A stretch of DNA of 64,000 nt from Thermoplasmatota archaeon. GTDB taxonomy: Archaea; Thermoplasmatota; E2; DHVEG-1. The translations under genes and the position numbers were made by a program. The notes beneath the pieces are model-generated. The model was given only the letters and a program-made list of their open reading frames with translations, searched no databases and had not been told where the DNA came from. Of the stretch, positions 1-10,582 are shown piece after piece; the first letter of the stretch is position 1, and each line of letters opens with the position of its first letter. The stretch spans positions 906 through 64,905 of the forward strand of contig JAWABU010000004.1 in NCBI GenBank assembly GCA_038884455.1. Direction: 5' to 3'.

Positions 1-291
1 ATGTTATTGGTAAAAAAGAATGATCTTATTGTTAGAGTTTTGAAGATAAGAGAAAGCGGATAATCATCCCGAGGATGAAAATAAAGCTTAACGTTGCAAG
101 GTAAAATAAAGTCATTTCCCATTTTTTTTGGAGAACCAAACCCATCCATCTCACCGTTACAAACAGCTATTTTTTATTCTTTTTTATACTTTTCTTTGTT
201 TTCTTTCGGCAAATGACGATGCATGTACTAGGAGGGGCAATATGACACCTTTTTATGCTCCTAGTGAATACTGAATTGCAATACCAGACCG

Positions 292-762
292 ATGTGGTTT
301 TCGTACAAGCGAGGTGTGTATGAGATGCAAGTAAGTGAAATCATGACAAAAAATGTGGTTACTATTGAATGTGATCAAACTGTTGTCAAAGCCTGTGAGC
401 GATATAAGCAGATGGGTGTAGGATGTCTCGTGGTTATGAAGGGGAATTTGATTGTTGGCATTCTCACTGAACGGGATATTATCGAGCGTGTCATCCTTGA
501 AGGAAGGGATCCGTATACCACTTCAGTTGATGCAATCATGACAAAAAATATCAAAACTATTCATGCGTCTGCACCTGTTGAAAAAGCAGCTGAGATGATG
601 AAGAAATATAGAATCAAAAAACTTCCCGTGGTTTTGAACAATGAGATTGTCGGTATTGTAACAGTCACTGATCTTGCAAATGCCCTTCCGAATGTGACCA
701 AGAACATGTTCCGAAAACAAGAACCATATAAATATATTCAGATCACATCAGAATCCTACTAA
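292..762 (+). CDS. CBS domain pair protein
   Basis: Two tandem CBS-like motifs (VMTKNVVTI...GCLVV.. / IMTKNIKTI...KKLPVV). The more likely start is the internal Met at MQVSEIM. Confidence 0.75.
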   Translation: MWFSYKRGVYEMQVSEIMTKNVVTIECDQTVVKACERYKQMGVGCLVVMKGNLIVGILTERDIIERVILEGRDPYTTSVDAIMTKNIKTIHASAPVEKAAEMMKKYRIKKLPVVLNNEIVGIVTVTDLANALPNVTKNMFRKQEPYKYIQITSESY

Positions 763-808
763 CGAGAACCTAAAATACTATATGTTCTAAAAAACAATCC
801 TCGTTATA

Positions 809-1387
809 TTATTTGTTGGCGAATGCTTGATTTTTAGTATATTCCCAATCTTTGTACAGGAGTTCTCGTTTTGATGATACTTGGTTTTCATCAGTGGTTT
901 CTGAAGAGAGTGCGTCAATGATGATTCCTTCTATGTCACGAAGGATGATCTCACTTTCATCCTCAGTATAATCGGTGGTGTAAATCTGACCGTTTTTGTA
1001 AATGATACCTTCTTCCGAGTTATACACTGGTTTTTTTCCAATGAGTAACTCAGGGTCGTAATCTTGAATGTCTTCAAGTTTTTTTAACTGATAAGCATCA
1101 TCAGCCATGCCAATCATGGTTCGGTAGATCTGTTGTTTTTTTAGATCATTTTCTCCTTTCATGGCATCTTGAAGAGCAGAGATAATTGCTGGGATATCTT
1201 GGGTTTCAGCTTCGAGTAATATTTTATGCCAAAACCAGTTGTACAGTTTGCTGCCACGAGCGTTGATATGTTCTGGTTTTTTTGCAGGGTAGAGAATGAT
1301 ACGGCCGTTGAGGGTTCGATGTTTTTTCCTCCACTCAGTTCTCTTTCGGTCAAGTTCTTGTTTCCGTGGGCTACTTTGGGTCATACC
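809..1387 (-). CDS. hypothetical protein (ORF extends to 1561)
   Basis: The first ~58 codons of the long ORF have odd composition and overlap the divergent ABC gene, so the start is taken at the internal Met (MTQSSPRK). No family recognised. Confidence 0.45.
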   Translation of the reverse strand, partial: GMTQSSPRKQELDRKRTEWRKKHRTLNGRIILYPAKKPEHINARGSKLYNWFWHKILLEAETQDIPAIISALQDAMKGENDLKKQQIYRTMIGMADDAYQLKKLEDIQDYDPELLIGKKPVYNSEEGIIYKNGQIYTTDYTEDESEIILRDIEGIIIDALSSETTDENQVSSKRELLYKDWEYTKNQAFANK

Positions 1388-1513
1388 ATAGAACTTATGA
1401 TGTTTATTTGATATAAACCTTGTGGCAGATGTTTTCTGACATATTTGAAAAAAAGTGTTAGTATCGAATGGTTTATATGAGTTTGAACGATTTCTTGGTC
1501 TGGGGAGGTCGAA

Positions 1514-2242
1514 GTGGTGGTTGAGGTTATCACCGTTGATCATCTGACAAAATATCATCATACAACGTGTGTTCTACATGACCTTAGTTTTTCGGTTCAA
1601 TCTGGTGAAGTTTTTGGACTTCTTGGGCCCGATGGTGCCGGGAAGACAACTCTTTTGCGAACGTTGCTTGGTTTTCTGAAACCAGATACCGGATGTATTC
1701 GGCTGTTCGATCTTCAGGTTCCTAACCATAGTTCAGTAATTAACACCGACATCGGCTACATTTCAAATCAGGTTTCATTTTATCGCTATGTCACTGGATA
1801 TCAGATGCTGTCGTATCTGTCGAAACTCCGTGGCAATGCTCTGTATGCATTTGATGAACTCGTACATCTATTTGAAATTCCACTGCATGAAAAGATACAT
1901 CGATATCATCCAGAACTGAAACAAAAACTGAATATCATCCAAGCATTCATGCATGAACCTGCAGTTGTTCTTATGGATGATCCAGTACGTCTGCTCAACG
2001 ATGAAGATCGAAAAATCTTTTTTTCACTACTAGCTGAGCAAAAAAAGAAAGGAGCAACCATGGTTTTTGCCTCTGGAGATTTTGACGAACTCGCGCTGAT
2101 CTGTGATCGAATTGGGTTGTTGCACAATGGTGTATTGCTTGTTGTTGATACTGTAGAGGGGTTGAGAAAAACCAAAGATACTCTGCTTGCTCCTGGCAAA
2201 AATGATGGGCAGACGTGTTTGTCTGCAGGGGAACACGTATGA
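1514..2242 (+). CDS. ABC transporter ATP-binding protein
   Basis: Walker A motif GPDGAGKTTLL with an ABC signature/Walker B region. GTG start. Confidence 0.85.
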   Translation: MVVEVITVDHLTKYHHTTCVLHDLSFSVQSGEVFGLLGPDGAGKTTLLRTLLGFLKPDTGCIRLFDLQVPNHSSVINTDIGYISNQVSFYRYVTGYQMLSYLSKLRGNALYAFDELVHLFEIPLHEKIHRYHPELKQKLNIIQAFMHEPAVVLMDDPVRLLNDEDRKIFFSLLAEQKKKGATMVFASGDFDELALICDRIGLLHNGVLLVVDTVEGLRKTKDTLLAPGKNDGQTCLSAGEHV

Positions 2243-3042
2243 ACCGAGGACTCGTGGTGATGATCCAAACACTTCGTGATCACGCAGCATTTGTTTTAGT
2301 TCTCATCGTTCTTTTCGTAGGAATTGCTGGTGTCGTGTTGACTGCATATCCAACGTTTTTTCCCGTTGAGAATACCGCGTTTTTTTTAGAGGATGAACAG
2401 TATTTTGAGACTTTTGATCAGAATCCTACGTTGAACCGTTCCTTTCTTCGTTTTAGCAGCCTGTTTTTTTATCAATGGTTTCTCATGCTCATCGGCGGAT
2501 GTATCATTGGATATGCGGCGTCTTTGTTGTTATCGCAAGAATTCCAGAAAAACACCTTGGATGTGTTACTGGCAACACCGTTATCTCGGAAAGAATTTGC
2601 GGTGGGAAAATTTCTCGGTTTTTGCTCTGCTCTTTTTATCATCAATATCGTTCTCATTGTGAGTGTCATAGTGATTATCCGTAGTCTTGGTGAAATAGTT
2701 GATATCAGTCGTTTGATGGTGATGCATGGTGTTCTTCTTCTCTATTTTTTTGCAGCGGCATCACTTGGTTTCTTGATTGCTTTATTTGCTGATACTGCGC
2801 AGAAATCAGGGATGATTACTGTTGGGATTCTGAGTGGTATGTTTTGTTGTGAACTTCTGAGTCGGAGTTTTTCTGACGTATCATGGCTTGGTTATCTTTC
2901 GCTACACCATTATTGTAATCCTGATCTTCTGTTACTTGACACTCATCTTGATCTGATCAGTCTTATCGTCTTACTTGTCTTCACCGCTGAATGTATTCTC
3001 CTGAGTCTCGTTGTTTTTATGAAAAAGGACATCTGGCATTGA
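2239..3042 (+). CDS. ABC-2 family transporter permease
   Basis: Polytopic hydrophobic protein. Its ATG at 2239 overlaps the ATPase TGA stop (ATGA coupling). Confidence 0.75.
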   Translation: MNRGLVVMIQTLRDHAAFVLVLIVLFVGIAGVVLTAYPTFFPVENTAFFLEDEQYFETFDQNPTLNRSFLRFSSLFFYQWFLMLIGGCIIGYAASLLLSQEFQKNTLDVLLATPLSRKEFAVGKFLGFCSALFIINIVLIVSVIVIIRSLGEIVDISRLMVMHGVLLLYFFAAASLGFLIALFADTAQKSGMITVGILSGMFCCELLSRSFSDVSWLGYLSLHHYCNPDLLLLDTHLDLISLIVLLVFTAECILLSLVVFMKKDIWH

Positions 3043-3143
3043 AAAACCTTCTAATTTTCATAGAAGCATCTCTGTTTCCTCAGGTTTTTTGACCAAAAAT
3101 TTATAATATATCTTAAATATCTATTCGGTGGGGGTATCTACTC

Positions 3144-5015
3144 ATGATGATAGTAAAAAAATGTTTATCCATGCTGGTTTGTCTTTTGTTATGTGTGATT
3201 GCATTGACTCCAGGTCAGGCTCACATTACTTCTGGTGAAAAACGAACGCAGGGTGATATTCATGGCAATGTTCGTGAGGAGACACCTGGATGCGGATGTC
3301 AGGATGAAGGTATATCGGACAGTATGAATCAGCAGTATTCAGAACATCATCAGTATCGAACTGGGCTTCTTGTAGGTGGTGAACCACTACCTGAAGGGGA
3401 GATAATCCTGGGGGACCCACCAGCAGCATGGGATTGGCGGTCTGCAACGTATGAAGGAGTCACAGGCGATTGGACAACTGATGTTCATAATCAGGGAAAT
3501 TGCGGGAGTTGTTATGCATTTGGGTCACTGGCTGCATTTGAATCAGTTATTAATATGAAAAAGAAAAATCCAAATTATGATATTGATCTGTCTGAGCAGT
3601 TTATGGTTTCCTGTGGTACGGAGTGGATGTCTGGCATTGAAGGATGTGATGGTGCCTATGCAACGCCGACGTATAATTTTTTAAAGACGTATGGTGCGAT
3701 CCCTGAGTCTTGTTTTCCGTATACGAGCAGCTCTGGTTCGGTTCCATCATGTTCTCAGAAATGTAGCAATTGGCAAAACCTCGTCATCAAAATTGATAGT
3801 TGGCATACCATTGCTGCTGATCAAACTTCAATTAAAAATGCTTTGATTCAGTACGGCCCGTTATCTGCAGGTATGGCTGTGTATTCAGATTTTTATGATT
3901 ACGATGGTGGTGTCTATGAACATCCAGGGAGTGATCCTGATCCAATTAATCATATGGTGTGTATTGTTGGGTATAATGATGCGCAGGGTTGTTGGATTGT
4001 GAAAAACAGCTGGGGATCTTGGTGGGGTGAGAATGGTTGGTTCCGGATAAAATATGGCGAATGTAAAATCGAACAAGCAGTTGTCTATTTTACGTATACT
4101 GATGTTTCTGGTCCACAGCTGAAAATACAAATGCATCGGATCAAAGCGTTGGGAAATATTGAAAACTGGTTTGAGGGTGGAGCTGATTGGTCGTATCAAA
4201 TATCGGTGAATGCTGGTCAGGGTTGGGTTGATCAGGTGAATGATGCGTATTCATCAAATGTCGATGATCAAACCCAAGATGTTGTTCATTCATTTAATGC
4301 TCGCGTTGTTGAACCTGAGATTCGCATTAAAGTCTGGGATCGCGACTCCTTGAGTGGGCATGATCTTGCAGATGTGAGCGGCTATGTTGGTGGAGGTGTT
4401 GATAACGATATCAGTGATGTTCGAGGTGCGATTTTTTATGGGAAATATAATATTGTGACGAACTCCTTTATTCCAATAGACACCATTCAAATTGATGGAG
4501 GTTTTATCACAACTTCAGGTACGTATGCCCCAGATAACAGTGCCAATAGCGATGCTGAGAATGATGCAATGGTTTGGTTTAAGGTATCTGATACGTATAC
4601 GCCGCCGGCTCCAAATCTCATGGTTGCAGGTTCGTTAAATGCCAGTGTCAAGTATGGGACAACCCATTTTTACCTTGGGTCGTTTACCGTGAAAAACATT
4701 GGTGTTGATCCTGAGGGTCTGAGTGATTCGTATCTCAACTGGGAGGTAGCTGCATATCCAAGCTGGGGTGCGAACTGGGAGTTTCAACCAGCAAATGGCG
4801 TGAATCTGAAATCAGGACAGACAGTTACCGTGAAAGTCTATGTCGATGTACCAACAGAAATGAATACTTTCACTGGTTCAATAAAAGTCTGGAACACTGC
4901 TGATCATAGTGATTACGGAATTATCTCTATAACTCTCAAAACACCACGACTATTAGATGGTTCAGGTTTTTCATTTCTTCGTTTCTTATTTCAGTACCGT
5001 TTGATGAAACAATGA
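3144..5015 (+). CDS. secreted papain-like cysteine peptidase (family C1A) with ~300-aa C-terminal beta-rich extension
   Basis: Signal peptide. Active-site motifs are QGNCGSCYAFGS (Cys), NHMVCIVGY (His) and KNSWGSWWGENGWFRI (Asn/Trp). TATA-like box and GGTGGGGG RBS upstream. Confidence 0.9.
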   Translation: MMIVKKCLSMLVCLLLCVIALTPGQAHITSGEKRTQGDIHGNVREETPGCGCQDEGISDSMNQQYSEHHQYRTGLLVGGEPLPEGEIILGDPPAAWDWRSATYEGVTGDWTTDVHNQGNCGSCYAFGSLAAFESVINMKKKNPNYDIDLSEQFMVSCGTEWMSGIEGCDGAYATPTYNFLKTYGAIPESCFPYTSSSGSVPSCSQKCSNWQNLVIKIDSWHTIAADQTSIKNALIQYGPLSAGMAVYSDFYDYDGGVYEHPGSDPDPINHMVCIVGYNDAQGCWIVKNSWGSWWGENGWFRIKYGECKIEQAVVYFTYTDVSGPQLKIQMHRIKALGNIENWFEGGADWSYQISVNAGQGWVDQVNDAYSSNVDDQTQDVVHSFNARVVEPEIRIKVWDRDSLSGHDLADVSGYVGGGVDNDISDVRGAIFYGKYNIVTNSFIPIDTIQIDGGFITTSGTYAPDNSANSDAENDAMVWFKVSDTYTPPAPNLMVAGSLNASVKYGTTHFYLGSFTVKNIGVDPEGLSDSYLNWEVAAYPSWGANWEFQPANGVNLKSGQTVTVKVYVDVPTEMNTFTGSIKVWNTADHSDYGIISITLKTPRLLDGSGFSFLRFLFQYRLMKQ

Positions 5016-5384
5016 ACTATCTATCTTAGATGATGGAAAAAGTTAGGTACAATTCATATTAAAAAAAGAAATCAAGAAATCTATAGAATTTATCGATCAG
5101 ATAAAAAGGAATAGGATACACGAGGTGTTGCGGCCATAAAACACAGGTACTTCTATTTTTTTTTCAGAGAAAAAAACCAAATTAGATAAAAAGAACGTCA
5201 TAGGTTTTTCAGACAAACCCCTAAATCCTGCGATATCTTTAAATACTGTTTTTTATAATTAGTACAGTATCTACGGGGGATCTGTCTGAAATATATACCT
5301 GGTCTGTTTGGCATAGGAGTAGTTCTTCTCAGTGCGATTGCATCTGCGGTACATACTCAGCAAACCGTACCGCCAATTGTTGAA

Positions 5385-6146
5385 ATGCTTAATGATGACG
5401 TACCGATTTGGTCAGTTGGTGATAGTTGGACGTATACAGTTTCTTCGTTTACCGTAGATTATGATGCAAATGGACAACGAGTGTATTGCACAGGTCGTAT
5501 CGATGAGGTCACGTTGACTGTTTCCAGTACGAGTGGAACAAACTACGTTGTTGACGTTACTGGTAAGATAACCTGCGGGTATTCTATCCATGTACGTTCA
5601 TCATCCTTGACTTTAGATATGGTCGGTTCTCTGAAACCATCGACAACGAAATTGGTCGGTTCGATGGTGTTTTCTAAATCAAATCTTCAGCCTGTTGATG
5701 GGACTGCTGTGATTAAGGGTATTTCAATGGCAAAGATTTTGCCGCTTCCTTTTGCAGTACCGCTGCCGATAAAGATATCGCTGGATGGCGACCTTTCACA
5801 ACCATTTCCGTTATTTCAATTTCCGCTGTATACTCATAAATTCTGGGAGATGCCAGATCTCCGGATTCAATCTAACATTAAAGCAGGTGGCATCTTTGGT
5901 TTGATCCAAATTCCGGTAACATTTACTACTCAGTATTCTTGGTTGCCACTTGCGTTCCACTGTGTAGATAAACAATCAATAAGTGTTCCTGCTGGAACGT
6001 ATACTGCTTGGCATATCACATCGACATTCTTTGATATGTTTGATTATTATTATGCACCAGCGGTTGGAAATCTAGTTAAAATTGATGCGGTTCTTCCTAA
6101 CGGAGAAGTTCATGCAGTGTTGAAATCAACGACATATTCAATATAA
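5385..6146 (+). CDS. hypothetical beta-rich secreted protein
   Basis: ORF downstream of the C1A peptidase. In-frame upstream sequence (from 5259) encodes a signal-peptide-like hydrophobic stretch but has no canonical start codon. Confidence 0.5.
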   Translation: MLNDDVPIWSVGDSWTYTVSSFTVDYDANGQRVYCTGRIDEVTLTVSSTSGTNYVVDVTGKITCGYSIHVRSSSLTLDMVGSLKPSTTKLVGSMVFSKSNLQPVDGTAVIKGISMAKILPLPFAVPLPIKISLDGDLSQPFPLFQFPLYTHKFWEMPDLRIQSNIKAGGIFGLIQIPVTFTTQYSWLPLAFHCVDKQSISVPAGTYTAWHITSTFFDMFDYYYAPAVGNLVKIDAVLPNGEVHAVLKSTTYSI

Positions 6147-6216
6147 AAAATAGACACATGAAGTGTTTGGCTATTGATATGAATATAATGAGGTAGAGTA
6201 AGGGGAAAAGAGAATT

Positions 6217-8079
6217 ATGAAAAAAATTGGAGCAATACTCTTAACAGGTTTAGTCCTTATGAGTGGACTTGGTGCTGCTGTATCATTTTCAAAACAACCA
6301 TCAAACATTGTTGAAAATGTCGTTTTTCAAAACATGGTGATTTCTGAAACCGAAACTAATACGATTGTTTCTTTGGATGTATCAAACAGCTGGGTGAAAA
6401 ACCCGGGAAAACCATTACTTCCTATGGTTCAGAAAACATATATTTTTCCGTTTGGTACACAGATTAATAGTGTTGATGTAATATTTGTCAACCCTCAAAT
6501 AATCCAGTTTTCAAAAGAGATTATTCCAGCACCCCTGGCTCAAACAGTGGTTCATGGAAAATTGATTTCTCAACAGCAAGATCAGACAACGAATACTGCT
6601 TTGTATCCTGAAACACCGTTCAGCTATTCTGTCTATGCTGGCATTAAGGGGACAACCCATGTTCTGTTTCTTGTCGTCTACCTGTATCCTATTCGATGTG
6701 ACATCCAAGATAAGATCTTATTTTTTTCAGATGAAGCTGCTCTTCGTATATCATATACGTTACCAGTGCAGCCAGTTTTTACTTCAGATGATTATGATCT
6801 TGTGATTATCGCACCTGAGGTTTTTTCAGAAGCATTGCAACCATTAGTTGAACATAAAAATAGTCATGGTGTTTCAGCGTTTTTGAAGACTGTTGAATCA
6901 ATCTATGCTGAGTATACTGGTGTTGATGAACCTGAACAAATCAAGTATTTTATCAAAGATGCTGTTGAAACCATGGGTGTTGATTATGTGTTGCTTGTCG
7001 GTGGCCAAAAGGGGCAACGGCGATCGTGGTATGTTCCGGTTCGGTATGCAAATCTTGACGATAACTCAGATTTTGAAACTAGTTATGTAAGCGATTTGTA
7101 TTATGCTGATATCTATGATGCCGGTGGTAATTTTTCAAGCTGGGATCCTAATGGGAATGGAATTTTTGCTGAATGGAAAGATGGAACAAAAGAAATCCTT
7201 GATCTTGTTCCTGATGTGTATCTTGGTAGGATTCCCTGTCGTAGTGTGTACTTCGTGAAAATCATGGTTGATAAAATTATCACCTATGAGACGAATGCTG
7301 CTGGAAAATCCTGGTTTAATGATATGGTGGTTGTTGGTGGTGATTCAGCACCTGGAGACCTGTATTATGAGGGTGAAGAGGAAAATAAAAAAGCATTGGA
7401 GTACATGGATTTTTTTAATGGTGTTTCCTGTTGGACATCTGATGAGACATTAACTGGACCGCAAAGTGTTATTGATGCGGTATCTCAGGGTTGTGGTTTT
7501 CTGTTTTTTGATGGTCATGGGAATCCATCAGTGTGGTCAACGCATCCACCTAATAATGAAAGTGTGTGGATTACTGGTTTGAGTAATCGTGATATGCGCA
7601 AGCTTCGAAATGGCGATAAACTCCCGGTTTGTGTTGTTGGCGGGTGTCATAATGCTCAGTTTAATACAAGTTTGATGCGTATCCTTGAAGGTATTAAAAG
7701 TGAGGGTTTTAATTTTTTCAAACGTTCGTTTTATTATAAAGACTGGGTTCCTGAATGTTGGGCTTGGAAAATGGTGCAGGTAAAACGAGGTGGTGCAATT
7801 GCGGTCATGGGATATACTGGTCTTGACTGGTTTGCTACAGGTGATTATACTAGTGATGGCATTCCTGATTGTACCCAGTTTTTTTCAGGGTATGCAAATA
7901 CTCATTTTTTCAAAAACTATGGAGTAAATGATATCACTGTTCTGGGGCAGACACATACACAGACACTTGTTGATTATATCATCGATAACCCGCCGATGAG
8001 TGAACCGCTTGATTGTAAAACAGTTCAAGAATTCGTACTGCTTGGTGATCCAAGTCTTCAGATCGGTGGGTATGTTTAA
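6217..8079 (+). CDS. secreted clan CD cysteine peptidase (gingipain/C25-like)
   Basis: Signal peptide. Putative catalytic dyad FDGHGNP (His) ~45 aa before VCVVGGCHNAQF (Cys), typical clan CD spacing. Paralog of 16731..18620. Confidence 0.65.
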   Translation: MKKIGAILLTGLVLMSGLGAAVSFSKQPSNIVENVVFQNMVISETETNTIVSLDVSNSWVKNPGKPLLPMVQKTYIFPFGTQINSVDVIFVNPQIIQFSKEIIPAPLAQTVVHGKLISQQQDQTTNTALYPETPFSYSVYAGIKGTTHVLFLVVYLYPIRCDIQDKILFFSDEAALRISYTLPVQPVFTSDDYDLVIIAPEVFSEALQPLVEHKNSHGVSAFLKTVESIYAEYTGVDEPEQIKYFIKDAVETMGVDYVLLVGGQKGQRRSWYVPVRYANLDDNSDFETSYVSDLYYADIYDAGGNFSSWDPNGNGIFAEWKDGTKEILDLVPDVYLGRIPCRSVYFVKIMVDKIITYETNAAGKSWFNDMVVVGGDSAPGDLYYEGEEENKKALEYMDFFNGVSCWTSDETLTGPQSVIDAVSQGCGFLFFDGHGNPSVWSTHPPNNESVWITGLSNRDMRKLRNGDKLPVCVVGGCHNAQFNTSLMRILEGIKSEGFNFFKRSFYYKDWVPECWAWKMVQVKRGGAIAVMGYTGLDWFATGDYTSDGIPDCTQFFSGYANTHFFKNYGVNDITVLGQTHTQTLVDYIIDNPPMSEPLDCKTVQEFVLLGDPSLQIGGYV

Positions 8080-8085
8080 AACAGG

Positions 8086-10359
8086 GTGATTGCAATGAAC
8101 AAGAAAATAGTTCCCTTTATTCTTTTCTTTTTGCTTCTTTTTAGTTCTTGTGTTGGTGCAGGTTTTTTTTCGTTGCAGTCGTCAGATCCAACGATGTTAG
8201 TTCGAGTTGATCTGAGCATGCAACAGGTTGTGTTACCTCGGGGTGTGGAAATAGCAAGCATGGTTCCTGAGAGTTATGTTGATATTTTTATCCAACAGAG
8301 CCGTCTTTCAGAACTTCGAGAAAAAACATCAGCATATCGTGTTCTGATTGAAGATGTTGATCTGTATAGTAGTCAGTTTATTGGTCAGTATCACACCCTT
8401 GCACAAATCGAACAAATCCTTGCTGACACGGCTGCAAGCTACCCGTCGATCACCAAATTAACAAGTATTGGATCAACCTATGAGGGTCGAAATATTTATT
8501 GTCTTGAAATTTCTGATAATCCTGGTGTTGATGAAGACGAACCAGGTGTACTCTTTATGGGTTTGCACCATGCACGCGAATGGCCGACGGTTGAGATATG
8601 TTTGTATATTCTCAGTCAGTTAACTTCACAGTATGGAAGTGATTCGATGTTGACAAACCTGGTAGATACTCGTCGTGTTTGGATTGTTCCTTGTGTGAAT
8701 CCTGATGGGTATTACTACTGTCATGATCAGGGTCATGACTGGCGGAAAAACCGGCAGTATTTCTCCCAGTTTGGAACCATAGGTGTTGATCTGAATAGGA
8801 ATTATGATGGTACGTGTAATGGTGAACCTATGGGTGCATGGGGATCTGTGATGAATGGAGCAGCAACGCATTCACCTAATCAAGAAACCTATTGCGGTCC
8901 AGCTGCTTTTTCCGAGTATGAAACCCAAGCTATTAAAAACATGTTTCTAACCAATGATATTTGCGCTTCGATTAGCTGGCATACCTATTCTGAATTGGTT
9001 CTCTGGCCGTGGGGGTATGCAACCAACGAACAGACACCAGATAATACGTATCTGAAACAAGTTGGTCAGGGTATTGCTGCTCGTATCACCAAGCAATCTG
9101 GTTCTGGTACGTATACCCCGCAGCAAAGCGCAGCGTTGTATCCAACCACCGGTGATACTGATGACTGGGCATATGGCTATGCACATTATATTCAGGGAAG
9201 AAATACGTTTGCATATACAATTGAAGCTTGTTCTCAGTTTCAACCACCAGCCTCCAAGCTTGATCAGATATGTGCTGAGAATTTTGATGGTGCACTGTTT
9301 CTTCTAAAGGAAGCTGCAAATATAAGTGCACTGATCCCACGACCATTGCCACCGGTTCTCACTGTACCTTCGAGTGATCCTGATGGGAACTATCTTGTTT
9401 CATGGACTGAGCAGAACCCTTCTGCTGGTGTTGATTGTTTTCAGCTTGATGAACTCAGTCGTTTTCATGTTTTAGTTGATGATGCAGAATCATCAGAGAT
9501 TCAATGGACTTTGATTGGTTTTACCAAAAGTTCAGATCAGATGCATTCCGGTACACAAAGCTACAAAGCCAAGAATCAGAATAATTATGTTTCTTCAATG
9601 ACCAGTAACTATGCAATGCCGGTTACGAGTGGTATGATTTTGTCGTTTTGGACATGGTATAGCATTGAGAATCAATGGGATTATGCGTTTGTTGAGGTGA
9701 GCCGTGATGGGCGGAAGTATGACGTCCTTGATGCGTATACTGGTTCCTCATCAGGTTGGGTGCAGAAACAATATGATCTCAGTAGTTATGCTGATAACTC
9801 GGTTTTTATCAGGTTGCGATATACGACTGATGATGAAACGCTCGGGTCTGGTTTTTATGTTGATGATATCAGCCCGGTTCCAGTGTTTGACCAGAGTGTG
9901 ACGCTTTCTGATACTATTGGGGATACATCATTTGAGGTTTCTGGCAAAGCAAATGGGACGTATTACTATCGTGTCCGAGCTCATAATACTGTTCGTGGGT
10001 GGGGTGACTATAGCATGCTTCAAAAAATACTGGTTGGTAGTGGTGAGGATACCCAGCCGCCCAGTGTTCAGATCATGGTTCCTGCTGAGAAAAAACTGTA
10101 TCTTGGATCAAGGATGTTTCCGTTTTTTGTAACCCTTGTGATTGGGCGTATCACCGTTGAGGTTAGTGCTGTGGATGCATCTGGGATTGATCAGGTTGAG
10201 TTTTATCTAGATGGTATATTTGTTGGAAATGATACCGAGGAACCATATACCTATGCATGGGTGCAGAAAAGCTTTGGGAAACATGTTGTAGCAGTGATTG
10301 CTGTTGATACGTATGCAAATCAGGCTTCACAGGAAATAGCCGTGTGGAAGTTTTTCTGA
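8086..10359 (+). CDS. secreted zinc carboxypeptidase (peptidase M14) with C-terminal Ig-like domains
   Basis: M14 zinc-binding motif GLHHAREWPTVEI (HxxE). Signal peptide with SSC lipobox-like site. Only 6 nt after the upstream clan CD gene. Confidence 0.8.
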   Translation: MIAMNKKIVPFILFFLLLFSSCVGAGFFSLQSSDPTMLVRVDLSMQQVVLPRGVEIASMVPESYVDIFIQQSRLSELREKTSAYRVLIEDVDLYSSQFIGQYHTLAQIEQILADTAASYPSITKLTSIGSTYEGRNIYCLEISDNPGVDEDEPGVLFMGLHHAREWPTVEICLYILSQLTSQYGSDSMLTNLVDTRRVWIVPCVNPDGYYYCHDQGHDWRKNRQYFSQFGTIGVDLNRNYDGTCNGEPMGAWGSVMNGAATHSPNQETYCGPAAFSEYETQAIKNMFLTNDICASISWHTYSELVLWPWGYATNEQTPDNTYLKQVGQGIAARITKQSGSGTYTPQQSAALYPTTGDTDDWAYGYAHYIQGRNTFAYTIEACSQFQPPASKLDQICAENFDGALFLLKEAANISALIPRPLPPVLTVPSSDPDGNYLVSWTEQNPSAGVDCFQLDELSRFHVLVDDAESSEIQWTLIGFTKSSDQMHSGTQSYKAKNQNNYVSSMTSNYAMPVTSGMILSFWTWYSIENQWDYAFVEVSRDGRKYDVLDAYTGSSSGWVQKQYDLSSYADNSVFIRLRYTTDDETLGSGFYVDDISPVPVFDQSVTLSDTIGDTSFEVSGKANGTYYYRVRAHNTVRGWGDYSMLQKILVGSGEDTQPPSVQIMVPAEKKLYLGSRMFPFFVTLVIGRITVEVSAVDASGIDQVEFYLDGIFVGNDTEEPYTYAWVQKSFGKHVVAVIAVDTYANQASQEIAVWKFF

Positions 10360-10444
10360 AACAATCCTTTTTTCTTTTCTTCCATGTTAGTTTTTTCATT
10401 TTATGGTGTTGCAGTTTTTTTGTCGAATGGAGTATTTTTACTGC

Positions 10445-10498
10445 TTTTTCCGTCAAAACGATAAAAAAAACACGTTTTTTGGAATTTTGACGGAAAAA
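10445..10498. promoter_or_regulatory. 14-bp perfect inverted repeat (TTTTTCCGTCAAAA...TTTTGACGGAAAAA) with A/T-tract spacer
   Basis: Read directly from the sequence. Lies between the M14 gene end and the wHTH regulator gene. Could be a terminator hairpin or an operator. Confidence 0.5.
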
Positions 10499-10582
10499 AC
10501 CGTAGTAGGGTTTTATGTTTCTCTGAAATAATATTGTTTTTTATGGGACTACATTTGAAAACGAAACCTTGGAGGAATACCT

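Noticed and set aside
523-2290. Antisense or overlapping small ORFs (e.g. 523..720, 1159..1353, 1906..2283, 2030..2290)
   Set aside because: They lie entirely within, and opposite to, well-supported genes (CBS protein, ABC ATPase) and have no recognisable motifs. They are typical shadow ORFs.
10163-10456. 97-aa minus-strand ORF at the 3' end of the M14 gene
   Set aside because: It overlaps the M14 coding region and the downstream inverted repeat and has no conserved features.
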